Shown here: positions 8,849 through 17,191 of the stretch, one piece after another
Position numbering within the stretch: position 1 is the stretch's first letter
Layout of the letters: every line of letters begins with the position of its first letter
From: Candidatus Woesearchaeota archaeon
Lineage (GTDB): Archaea; Nanobdellota; Nanobdellia; SCGC-AAA011-G17; ARS1403
Assembly: GCA_016181275.1 (NCBI GenBank)
Contig: JACOZQ010000024.1
Location: forward strand, 661-53,405
Direction of reading: 5' to 3'
DNA length: 52,745 bases
Made by a program: the position numbers and the translations under genes
Notes under the pieces: generated by a model
Told to the model about the DNA's origin: nothing
The model's input: the letters and a program-made list of their open reading frames with translations, nothing else
The model's database searches: none

Positions 8849-10138
8849 ATGAGATTTAATGCATTAAGTATCATGGTGATATTCTTGCTAGCTATGGTTA
8901 GCACAGTTTCAGCTGGAGTAAGTCCAGACTACGACATTGACAAAGTTGAGATTGATGGAAGAATTGTAAGTGAATCAGATGTAAGCTTTATAACATTGGA
9001 AAGAGGAGACAGCCTTGATTTAGATATCTGGGTTACTGGAAAATCAACTGGTGCTGTGAAAGATGATATAAAAGTCAAAGCATGGATCGGCGGATATGAG
9101 TATGGCGATGTTGCTGAAAATACAAAAATTTTCAAAGTTGAGCCTAATGGCATCTACAAAAAAACTTTAAGTGTTTCTCTGCCTGATGACTTAGATGCTG
9201 ATGACAATGGTAATTCTGAGAAATATACTTTGCATGTTGAAGCATTTGATAGTGACAATGAAGTAAGAAAGAGTTTCAGCTTGAGAGTAGAAGAGAGCAT
9301 GCATGATTTAAGATTAATTGATGTCATCTTCAGACCAGGAACTATTGTTAACGCTGGCGACATGCTGTTCACAACTGTTAGAGTTGAAAACATGGGCGAC
9401 AAGAAAGAAGAAGACGTTCAAGTAAGAGTTTCCATACCAGAATTAGGATTTGTCGCAAGAGACTATATTGACGAATTAGTTCCTCATGACTCTAATAATG
9501 ATGACGAGGAAAAATCCGATGATATAGACCTATTCGGCAGAATTCCAAGAAATGCAAGATCTGGCGAGTATGATGTTAAAGTTGAATTGATCTTTAACAG
9601 AGGACATGATTCAATCAGCGAAAACCACAGATTAATAATTGAAGGAGAGGGTGTTGCTGCTGATACTGACTCTGTTGTCAGCGTAGATTCAACAAGAAAA
9701 GACGCTAAAGTTGGCGAAACTGTTTCATATAAAGTTATGATTGCTAACTTTGGAGACGAAAGAACAACTTACTCTGCTGAAGTATCTGGCGCAGGAGCAT
9801 GGGGAAGCGTTTCTGTTGACCCTGCATTTGTAACACTAAACGCTGGAGAAACTGGCGAGCTATTTGTAAGAACAACTCCTAATACAGCTGGCGAACAGGC
9901 TTTCACTGTAAAAGTAAAAGCTAACGGCCAAACTATAAAGGAGATGAACTTGCAGACTGGTGTTGCTTCTGGAAGCGATGTTAGAAGAGGATTAGAAATC
10001 GGATTCGCTGTACTGGCAATCTTATTGGTAATCCTTGGCTTGATAATTGCCTTCACAAAATTAAGAGGCAATGGTTCTGAAGAAGAGCCTGAGATGGGCG
10101 CTGGAGAAGAGAGAGAAGCAGGACAGACTTATTACTAA
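8849..10138 (+). CDS. S-layer-like surface protein with Ig/CARDB-like domains and C-terminal membrane anchor
   Basis: Signal peptide, three beta-sandwich-like repeats (VRVENMG, VMIANFG), TM IGFAVLAILLVILGLIIAF and an acidic tail ending in YY. A T-rich terminator follows. Confidence 0.8.
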   Translation: MRFNALSIMVIFLLAMVSTVSAGVSPDYDIDKVEIDGRIVSESDVSFITLERGDSLDLDIWVTGKSTGAVKDDIKVKAWIGGYEYGDVAENTKIFKVEPNGIYKKTLSVSLPDDLDADDNGNSEKYTLHVEAFDSDNEVRKSFSLRVEESMHDLRLIDVIFRPGTIVNAGDMLFTTVRVENMGDKKEEDVQVRVSIPELGFVARDYIDELVPHDSNNDDEEKSDDIDLFGRIPRNARSGEYDVKVELIFNRGHDSISENHRLIIEGEGVAADTDSVVSVDSTRKDAKVGETVSYKVMIANFGDERTTYSAEVSGAGAWGSVSVDPAFVTLNAGETGELFVRTTPNTAGEQAFTVKVKANGQTIKEMNLQTGVASGSDVRRGLEIGFAVLAILLVILGLIIAFTKLRGNGSEEEPEMGAGEEREAGQTYY

Positions 10139-10140
10139 GT

Positions 10141-10180
10141 CTCTTGTTTTTTTCTTTTTTTAATTTAATTTAATTTTTAA
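10141..10180 (+). terminator. oligo-T archaeal-type terminator
   Basis: TTTTTTTCTTTTTTTAATTT immediately after the stop at 10138. Confidence 0.5.
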
Positions 10181-10203
10181 AAATTAACATAAATAAAATA
10201 AGG

Positions 10204-10566
10204 TTGATTAGGAAATTAAACAAGATGAAATCACAAAAAAAAAGCTTATACGTAGCAGTTTTTAGTGGACTAGTTTCTTTAGGTACGGGTTATGGTGCAT
10301 ATTATAGTTTCAAATCTGGCAATAATCTTCTTTTAATTTCTAATCTTGGTTTCAGCATTGCTAATCTTGGTTTTGCATATCAAAATTTTCAACATTATAG
10401 GGTTGGAAGAATTTTAGATAATCTGGAAAAAACAATTGAAGAAGGAAAAAAGACAATGAGTAATGCTATTACTACTGTCGATAATGCAATTCATACTCTT
10501 GAATCAGAGCTTGTAAAAAATCAGATAAAAGCATTGGGGAATACTGGATTGGAAGATATAGAATAA
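10204..10566 (+). CDS. hypothetical membrane protein (2 TM plus coiled coil)
   Basis: Two hydrophobic segments then an amphipathic helix. The start may be ATG 10225. Confidence 0.6.
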   Translation: MIRKLNKMKSQKKSLYVAVFSGLVSLGTGYGAYYSFKSGNNLLLISNLGFSIANLGFAYQNFQHYRVGRILDNLEKTIEEGKKTMSNAITTVDNAIHTLESELVKNQIKALGNTGLEDIE

Positions 10567-10610
10567 AATTTTTAGACAAAAAATTTGTAAAATAATTTTT
10601 CATTTTTCTT

Positions 10611-10654
10611 TTTTTCTTTGGACACGATTTCTTTTTTTTAAAAAAGAAAGTGTG
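10611..10654. repeat. dispersed intergenic hairpin repeat, copy 2
   Basis: TTTTTCTTTGGACACGATTTCTTTTTTTTAAAAAAGAAAGTGTG, matching 561-603. Confidence 0.8.
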
Positions 10655-10795
10655 AGAGGAAAGCAATGAAAACGCAGTTTTCATCAGCGAATGAAATGAG
10701 CGGTTAAGATTTTTACTTCTTTTCCTAAACTGTAACTTTTATAAACCTTGAGATTATTGAATATTTAACTAATTTAACAGATGGAGGGATTATAA

Positions 10796-10939
10796 ATGGT
10801 AGAAGGACACTGCATGAAATGTAAATCAAAAAGAGAGATGAAAAATGCCAAACAAGTCAAGATGAAGAATGGAAGAGAAGCTGTTCAAGGCGTTTGCGAA
10901 AAGTGCGGAACAAAGATGTTCAAGATCGGCAAGATGTAA
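10796..10939 (+). CDS. small zinc-ribbon protein (DUF5679-like), absent from ORF track
   Basis: MVEGHCMKCKSKREMKNAKQVKMKNGREAVQGVCEKCGTKMFKIGKM (47 aa, two CxxC). GGAGG upstream and TATA TTTTATAAA at about 10737. Confidence 0.85.
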   Translation: MVEGHCMKCKSKREMKNAKQVKMKNGREAVQGVCEKCGTKMFKIGKM

Positions 10940-10956
10940 GTTAAGGGGTAATTCCT

Positions 10957-11379
10957 TTAACTTATTTCTATTTTATCTCCAATTTTAATATTATATTTCT
11001 CAGTTAAATTTGAATTTATTTCCAAGACGTATCTTGCTTTCTTATCTGGAATAATTGAGCTACATTCCTCTTCATTGCAAAGTTGAGCATCTCTCTTTAT
11101 GAAGACTATCTCCTTGTTTTCATTTATCCAAATTATATCCAATGGAATTAAAGTATTCTTCATCCAGAATCCATAAAAATTCTCCTCTTGAAAGATAAAC
11201 AGCATTCCAGAATCTTCTTCTAAATAATTTCTAAACATTAATCCCTGAGCTCGTTCTATTTGATTATCTGCAATTTCCACATTGAAAACTTTTTCATTGA
11301 TTTTAACCTGCTTGCTTGAATCACATCCTGAAACAAAGAGTAATATCAAGATTATTAAAACAACTAATAATTTTTTCAT
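10957..11379 (-). CDS. DUF192 family protein, lipoprotein-like
   Basis: RAQGLMFR, GMLFIF, FWMKNTLIPLDIIWI and YVLEI. The signal peptide ends in VSGC. Confidence 0.92.
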   Translation of the reverse strand: MKKLLVVLIILILLFVSGCDSSKQVKINEKVFNVEIADNQIERAQGLMFRNYLEEDSGMLFIFQEENFYGFWMKNTLIPLDIIWINENKEIVFIKRDAQLCNEEECSSIIPDKKARYVLEINSNLTEKYNIKIGDKIEIS

Positions 11380-11492
11380 TGTATAAAATAAATATAACAG
11401 GTTTATAATATTTTAGTAACATCTTAATAATAAAAAGTGAATAAGTCATGGTATTCAAAAGATATAAATATTCAGATTAACTATTATTTTAG

Positions 11493-12377
11493 ATGGTTAA
11501 CAATGCTAAGACTCCTATAGGTATAATTTATTATGAGGCCTACCATGATTATGAAGACAAGATGCTGCCGAGAGCTTTGAAGAAAAAGAATATGGATTTG
11601 GTTTTGATACCGGCTGAAAAACAGCTTGATTTTTATGAGATCAGGGAAAGAACAAAGAAATGCAAAATAATCTACAATGATACAATATGCCAACCGATGC
11701 TTTTTGAATCCCTTGAATTGTCTAAAACCCTTGAAGAATTTGGAAAGAAAGTCATCAATTCTTCGTATTCATTTTTTTATCAGGAAGATAGATGGATGTT
11801 TTACTTAAAATGCCTAGAGCATGGAATACCAACTCCAAAGACATACTTATTGCATAAAGAAACAAAGTATTCAAAAGATGCAATAAAAGAAGTATTAAAA
11901 AAGAATCCTCTTGTCTTGAAAGGAATATTTTCTGACAATGCAAAATTGGTTGAGAAGGTTGCAGACTATAATAATTTTTTAAAGAAGATAAAAAAAATTT
12001 CCAACAAGGATAAAGAATCTCCTATTATAGCCCAGGAATATATCCAGCATGAGAATAAAAGCTACAGGGCTACAATGATCAACTATAAATTGAAGCAATT
12101 CACAGCCAAGATAAGCAAAAACTGGAAGCAGACTGGGAGCGAGAAAGAGCATTTCAGGCTTGCCAAGGTAAACAAATATGTTAAAGACCTTTGCGAGAGA
12201 ACTGCAAGAATACTTGGGATGCCTATATGCGGCATGGACCTGATTTTTAATAGTGGAAAGTGGTATATCATAGAGGCCAATAGCTGCCCTGCACTGAATT
12301 TTATATACGAAGATGAAAAAAGATTAATAAAAATCCTTGCTAATTACCTTTATTCTGAATGCAAAAAACTGAAATAA
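11493..12377 (+). CDS. RimK-like ATP-grasp protein
   Basis: GIPTPKT, PLVLK, IAQEYI, CGMDLI and IIEANSCP. Confidence 0.85.
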   Translation: MVNNAKTPIGIIYYEAYHDYEDKMLPRALKKKNMDLVLIPAEKQLDFYEIRERTKKCKIIYNDTICQPMLFESLELSKTLEEFGKKVINSSYSFFYQEDRWMFYLKCLEHGIPTPKTYLLHKETKYSKDAIKEVLKKNPLVLKGIFSDNAKLVEKVADYNNFLKKIKKISNKDKESPIIAQEYIQHENKSYRATMINYKLKQFTAKISKNWKQTGSEKEHFRLAKVNKYVKDLCERTARILGMPICGMDLIFNSGKWYIIEANSCPALNFIYEDEKRLIKILANYLYSECKKLK

Positions 12378-12423
12378 TATTTTTAGGATTATATTTATAA
12401 AAGCATTGCAAACATAATTTTAC

Positions 12424-12891
12424 ATGCCGCATATTCACGACAAGATTGATTTCACTGTGGAAGTTTTCATTGTTTACAAAAATGAAGTTCTGCTCAGAAA
12501 GCATGACAAATATAAGATTTGGCTGAGTGTCGGAGGCCATATTGAATTGGATGAAGACCCTAACCTTGCTGCTGTCCGCGAAGTCAAAGAAGAAGTTGGG
12601 CTAGATATTCAGTTATATCATGATGGCAGTGAATTGACTAAACTAGATGGCTATACAGAATTAATTCCTCCCCAATTCATGAACAGGCATAGAATTAATG
12701 ATACTCATGAACATGTAAGCCTGATTTATTTTGCAAGAGCTAAAACTAATAAGCTTGTTCTTTGTGAAAAAGAAAAAAGCGATGAATGCAGATGGTTTAC
12801 AATGGAAGACCTTGAGGATAAGAAATATGATCTTAGCGATAAAATTAAAATGTATGCACGAAGCGCTTTGGGAAAACTTTCAGAATGTTAA
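12424..12891 (+). CDS. NUDIX hydrolase
   Basis: Nudix box GGHIELDEDPNLAAVREVKEEVG. Confidence 0.93.
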   Translation: MPHIHDKIDFTVEVFIVYKNEVLLRKHDKYKIWLSVGGHIELDEDPNLAAVREVKEEVGLDIQLYHDGSELTKLDGYTELIPPQFMNRHRINDTHEHVSLIYFARAKTNKLVLCEKEKSDECRWFTMEDLEDKKYDLSDKIKMYARSALGKLSEC

Positions 12892-13631
12892 AATGAGGAT
12901 TTTTTTCTTATGTGCTGCAAACGCTTCAAGTCTATTTTAGCAGTGATCATTCCTTCTTTTCCAAATTTTTCTTTTAGAATTTTATGAGGCTCTGCTATTG
13001 CGGTATAAGATGTCAACCGGTTTTCATTCTTATCGATCGGGTTGCAGAAAACAACATAGGATAGGTTTTCATAAGCTCTTGCTAAAATCAAAGACTGCAA
13101 AATTTTCTTTTCAAATTTTTTATGATTTCTTTTGTGCAACCATTCATCATAACACCAGTACATCGGGCAGAAAATTATTTTTGCTCCTTTTTTAGCCATC
13201 CTATTTATTGCATTTGGATTTGAAATATCCCAGCAGATTGCAATTCCTATCTTGCAAAAAGGTGTGTTGTAAATATCAAATTTTGATCCGGGCATTACTG
13301 GACCGTCGCCGAGAACATGAACTTTCTTGTGCTTGCCGGATGTTTTCCCTTTATCGTCGATGATTACAGCTGATTTGTATGAGTATTTTTTTTCTTTTAA
13401 ATTGGCGGCGATTATGCACCATATTTTATAGAATTTGCAATATTCTTTTATTTTTGAGATGATTTCCTTGTTTTTCTTAGGACCCTCTGAAATAGATCCT
13501 TCAGGAAAGCAAATTATTTCCACTTTTCTTTTTTTTGCCTGTTGAATATATTTTTTAATATCATTAATTATAGAAGATACTGGTTTATTAATATTTAACT
13601 GAGCTGCTGCAATCTTAAAATTATTTTTCAT
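12888..13631 (-). CDS. carbon-nitrogen hydrolase (nitrilase superfamily)
   Basis: Catalytic triad motifs FPE, HKKVH and ICWD. Confidence 0.92.
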   Translation of the reverse strand: MKNNFKIAAAQLNINKPVSSIINDIKKYIQQAKKRKVEIICFPEGSISEGPKKNKEIISKIKEYCKFYKIWCIIAANLKEKKYSYKSAVIIDDKGKTSGKHKKVHVLGDGPVMPGSKFDIYNTPFCKIGIAICWDISNPNAINRMAKKGAKIIFCPMYWCYDEWLHKRNHKKFEKKILQSLILARAYENLSYVVFCNPIDKNENRLTSYTAIAEPHKILKEKFGKEGMITAKIDLKRLQHIRKKSSF

Positions 13632-13677
13632 AATTATAAGAAGGGATTTTTATTTATATAGATTTAGTTTTTAACGG

Positions 13678-16600
13678 TTAAACTTTCAAGCTGACAACGT
13701 GGCTCATTCCATCCTTGTGCATTGAAACGCCATACAGCTTGTCTGCCTTTGAAATAACTGAATCATTATGTGTAATAACTATATACTGTGCTTTTTCAGA
13801 ATATTTCTTTATTAACTCTGACAGCTTTTCCGAGTTTTTCTTATCCAATGCTGCATCAACTTCGTCGAGCAAATAGAATGGTGCTGGCTCGTGCTCCTGT
13901 ATTGAAAATATAAAAGATAATGCTGTCAATGTCTTTTCACCTCCAGACAAGCTTTTGATATCAAGATATTTATTATTTGCAATCTTGACCATGACTTGGA
14001 TGCCACCTTCCAATGGCTTCTCTGGATTTTCCAATACCAAATGAGCTGTTCCCTTTGTTGTCAGCTGGGAAAAAATACCTTCGAAGTTTTTGTTTATTTC
14101 ATTAAATGTTTTCATGAAAACACCTGTCTTTTTTGATTCTACTTCTTCAATCATTTTCATGACATCTTGCTTTTCGCTTCCCAGTTTTTCTGATTTCTGC
14201 TCCAAAAGATAATACTCTTTTCCAACTTCTTCATAAATTTCCAAGGCACGAAGATTGACGTTGCCCATATTCTTCATCATGGATTCAAATTTTGTTATTT
14301 CATCTTTCAATTGGGCTTCTGTAAGACCTTTCCTTAAAGGCACCTCTTTAAATTCCTGGAATTCCATTCTCAATCCTTGTATCTCTGAGATTACTTTTGC
14401 CTTATCTATTGAGAAATTATTAATCCTCTCATAAAATATCTGGGTTTTATTCTGCTCATTGTTAATTTTTATTTCCTGCTTCTGAATAAATTCATTTAAT
14501 TTTTCTCTTTTGCCGAGCATGCCTTTAAAATTGCTGTATAATTCTAACTCTTGCTTTTCTTTTTCTTTTATTTCCTTTGACCTGTCTTTTACTATTGCAT
14601 CCAGCTGCCTTATCTCTGCATTAAACTGCTCCAATTGAGATAAATTCTGCTTTATGATGCGCGACATTGACTCCTTTTCAGGCATTATCAGCTCGCTTAT
14701 CTGCGACGATAAATTATTCATTTCAGATTTTAACATGATCTTTTTCTCTGAAAGCCCTTGAATTTCTTTTTCTAATGACTCAATTTCTTCCATGATTTTA
14801 GGATTTCTTTTTTTCCCAATTTTTTCCCTTAAATCAGATCTTTTGTTTTTTAGCTCATTTAAAATCTTCAAGCTCTTGCTTATATTTGAAGCCAGCTCAT
14901 TGAGCTCTGAATTCAGCTGCTTAAATTTTTGAGAAAGCTCTTGTTTTTCCTTGTAAACATTTTCTATATCACCGACAGATGCTTGTATCTTCAGTATCTC
15001 TCCTTCAAATGTTGATTTTTCTTCTCTTGCCTTGCTTATCTTTCCTTCATTTTCAGCAAGCCTCTTATCAAGAGTTTGTATTAAAGATTTCAATCTTGTT
15101 ATTTCCGACGACAAAGAAGAAATATTCTTGTCAATGTCCGGAGTTAAAAACGTTGATGATCTTTTTGTCCTAAATCCTCCGATCATTGCTCCCGACTGCT
15201 CAACCAAATCTCCGTCTAGAGTAACCATCCTATGCTTTCCAATCCCAATTTTTCTTGCTGCTTCAATATTATCTACTATAACCGTGCTTCCAAGTACATA
15301 ACTAAAAGCCGAGCTGAATTTATTATCAAACTTTATCAGATCGATTGCCAGATCATACCCTTCTTTTACTTTTAATGGAGGCGAGGTTTTCAACTTGTTC
15401 AATGGAAGAAAAATTGCAGTCCCAAATTTATTCTTCTTCAAATATTGAATGCATTTTGCTGCTATCTCATCATCCTTAACAATTATACTGTTTAACCTAG
15501 AGCCGGCTGCCACTTCAATTGCCAGAGAATATTGAGAAGGAACTTGAGCAAGCTCTGCAAACGTTCCATAAACTCCCTGCACATTTAATGATTTTATTTT
15601 GTTTACAGATTGGTTAAATGAAGACTCTTTTGCCATTGATTGCCGGGTCTTTAATCTTGCATGCTCCTCCATGATTTGTTGCAATTTTATTCTTGCTGAA
15701 GATAACTGATTTAGAATTGTCGAATCCTCGTCGGAAGACTTGCTCAGATTTTCAGCTGCCTGTTTGAACTTTTTCTTTAAACCATCTAAATTTGACAACT
15801 GCTGCTTGCTAGCCAATTTTTCAATAACGCTTAATCTTAATTCTATTTTGTCTTTTTCCCTCAGCAATTCAAGCCGCTTCTCATCAAAGCTTCCTTTGCT
15901 TATTTCATCTATCTTTGAATCTATTTCTGCAAGGCTGCTTTCAAAATCATCAAAATTATATTTTTCCTTGATCTTGCTCAAATCTTGTTCTTTCTTTGCT
16001 TTTTGTTTTTCCAGCTTCTCGATTTCTTCTTTTAACTGTGAATTCTTTTTATGGAAATCTTGAACTTTCTTGTCAGAATCCTGCAATGAGAACTGCAGTT
16101 GCGATTTTCTTTCATTCAATGATTTCACTTCATTTTGCAATGTCGACAACCGGGTTATATCTTCTCTCAAAGAATCTTTCAATGACTCAATATCTTTGTG
16201 CAATGCCTGCTGGCTTGCCTCTCCGCTTTTTTCCAAACTGCTGTTCAGCTCGCCCAATTCCTGCTGCTTTTCTTTTAATTCATTTTGAAATTGCGAAACT
16301 TTTTCATTTATTGAATTAATCTGATCCTGATTTTTGTTTATTGAATTTGTAACTTGGTTGAGCTTGTCTTCCTTTTGCTTTACCTGGACATTCAAGAAAG
16401 TTGCTTTATTCCTGTTAATATTTTTCTCCAATTCTTTATAGCGGGAAGCCTGCTCATAATCTTTCTTCAGTTCTTTCAAGTAAGTTCCTCGTTCTGCCAG
16501 CACAATGCTTACTTCTTTTAGCTGAGACTCGACTTTATCGAGCTCACGGACAGCTTTCTCTTTCTTGTCTTCATAAACCGAAATTCCAGAGATCTCTTCT

Positions 16601-17085
16601 ATTATTTCTCTTCTTTCTTCAGACGGCATTTCTGCTGCATGAACAATATCTCCTTGAAGGATAATATTATGGCCATCTGGATTGATCTTTGCTGCTGCCA
16701 ATAAATCTATGATTTGCTGCCTTGTCCTTAACTCTCCATTTATGAAATATTTTGACTGACCATTATGTCTTACTAGTCTTTTTATTTCAATCTCTTTTGC
16801 CTTTGCAGGAAATGAGCCTGATTCATTGTCAAATAAAATAGAAACATATGCCTCTTTTGCAGGATTGCCTTTTTTTCCTCCATTGTAAATTAATTTTGCT
16901 GAGTTCTCTGCACGCATTGATTTTGAAGACAATCTTCCCAGAACAAAACACAAACTATCAACGACATTCGATTTACCAGATCCATTAGGCCCGATAACAG
17001 CAGAAAAATCCTTGGAAAAAGGCAGATCTATCGGTTTCGCAAAGGACTTGAAGCCGTGCATCTTCATCTTTTTAATGTATGTCAT
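13678..17085 (-). CDS. smc: chromosome segregation protein SMC
   Basis: GFKSF, Walker A GPNGSGKSN, coiled coils, hinge (GVYG, VTLDGD..GAMIGG), LSGGEK and LLDEVDAALD. The ORF opens at 17097; ATG is at 17085. Confidence 0.97.
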   Translation of the reverse strand: MTYIKKMKMHGFKSFAKPIDLPFSKDFSAVIGPNGSGKSNVVDSLCFVLGRLSSKSMRAENSAKLIYNGGKKGNPAKEAYVSILFDNESGSFPAKAKEIEIKRLVRHNGQSKYFINGELRTRQQIIDLLAAAKINPDGHNIILQGDIVHAAEMPSEERREIIEEISGISVYEDKKEKAVRELDKVESQLKEVSIVLAERGTYLKELKKDYEQASRYKELEKNINRNKATFLNVQVKQKEDKLNQVTNSINKNQDQINSINEKVSQFQNELKEKQQELGELNSSLEKSGEASQQALHKDIESLKDSLREDITRLSTLQNEVKSLNERKSQLQFSLQDSDKKVQDFHKKNSQLKEEIEKLEKQKAKKEQDLSKIKEKYNFDDFESSLAEIDSKIDEISKGSFDEKRLELLREKDKIELRLSVIEKLASKQQLSNLDGLKKKFKQAAENLSKSSDEDSTILNQLSSARIKLQQIMEEHARLKTRQSMAKESSFNQSVNKIKSLNVQGVYGTFAELAQVPSQYSLAIEVAAGSRLNSIIVKDDEIAAKCIQYLKKNKFGTAIFLPLNKLKTSPPLKVKEGYDLAIDLIKFDNKFSSAFSYVLGSTVIVDNIEAARKIGIGKHRMVTLDGDLVEQSGAMIGGFRTKRSSTFLTPDIDKNISSLSSEITRLKSLIQTLDKRLAENEGKISKAREEKSTFEGEILKIQASVGDIENVYKEKQELSQKFKQLNSELNELASNISKSLKILNELKNKRSDLREKIGKKRNPKIMEEIESLEKEIQGLSEKKIMLKSEMNNLSSQISELIMPEKESMSRIIKQNLSQLEQFNAEIRQLDAIVKDRSKEIKEKEKQELELYSNFKGMLGKREKLNEFIQKQEIKINNEQNKTQIFYERINNFSIDKAKVISEIQGLRMEFQEFKEVPLRKGLTEAQLKDEITKFESMMKNMGNVNLRALEIYEEVGKEYYLLEQKSEKLGSEKQDVMKMIEEVESKKTGVFMKTFNEINKNFEGIFSQLTTKGTAHLVLENPEKPLEGGIQVMVKIANNKYLDIKSLSGGEKTLTALSFIFSIQEHEPAPFYLLDEVDAALDKKNSEKLSELIKKYSEKAQYIVITHNDSVISKADKLYGVSMHKDGMSHVVSLKV

Positions 17086-17191
17086 TGCTAAAAACAAATC
17101 TACAAATGAGATTTATATATTTTTCCTATATTTATTTTATCCAACTTTTACTTTGGAAAGAAATAAATAATTAACCTATTATCAAATTCAC

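Noticed and set aside
13678..17085. SMC as a Wadjet/defence component
   Set aside because: It is a canonical hinge-containing SMC with no jet-like neighbours; scpA/scpB may simply lie elsewhere.
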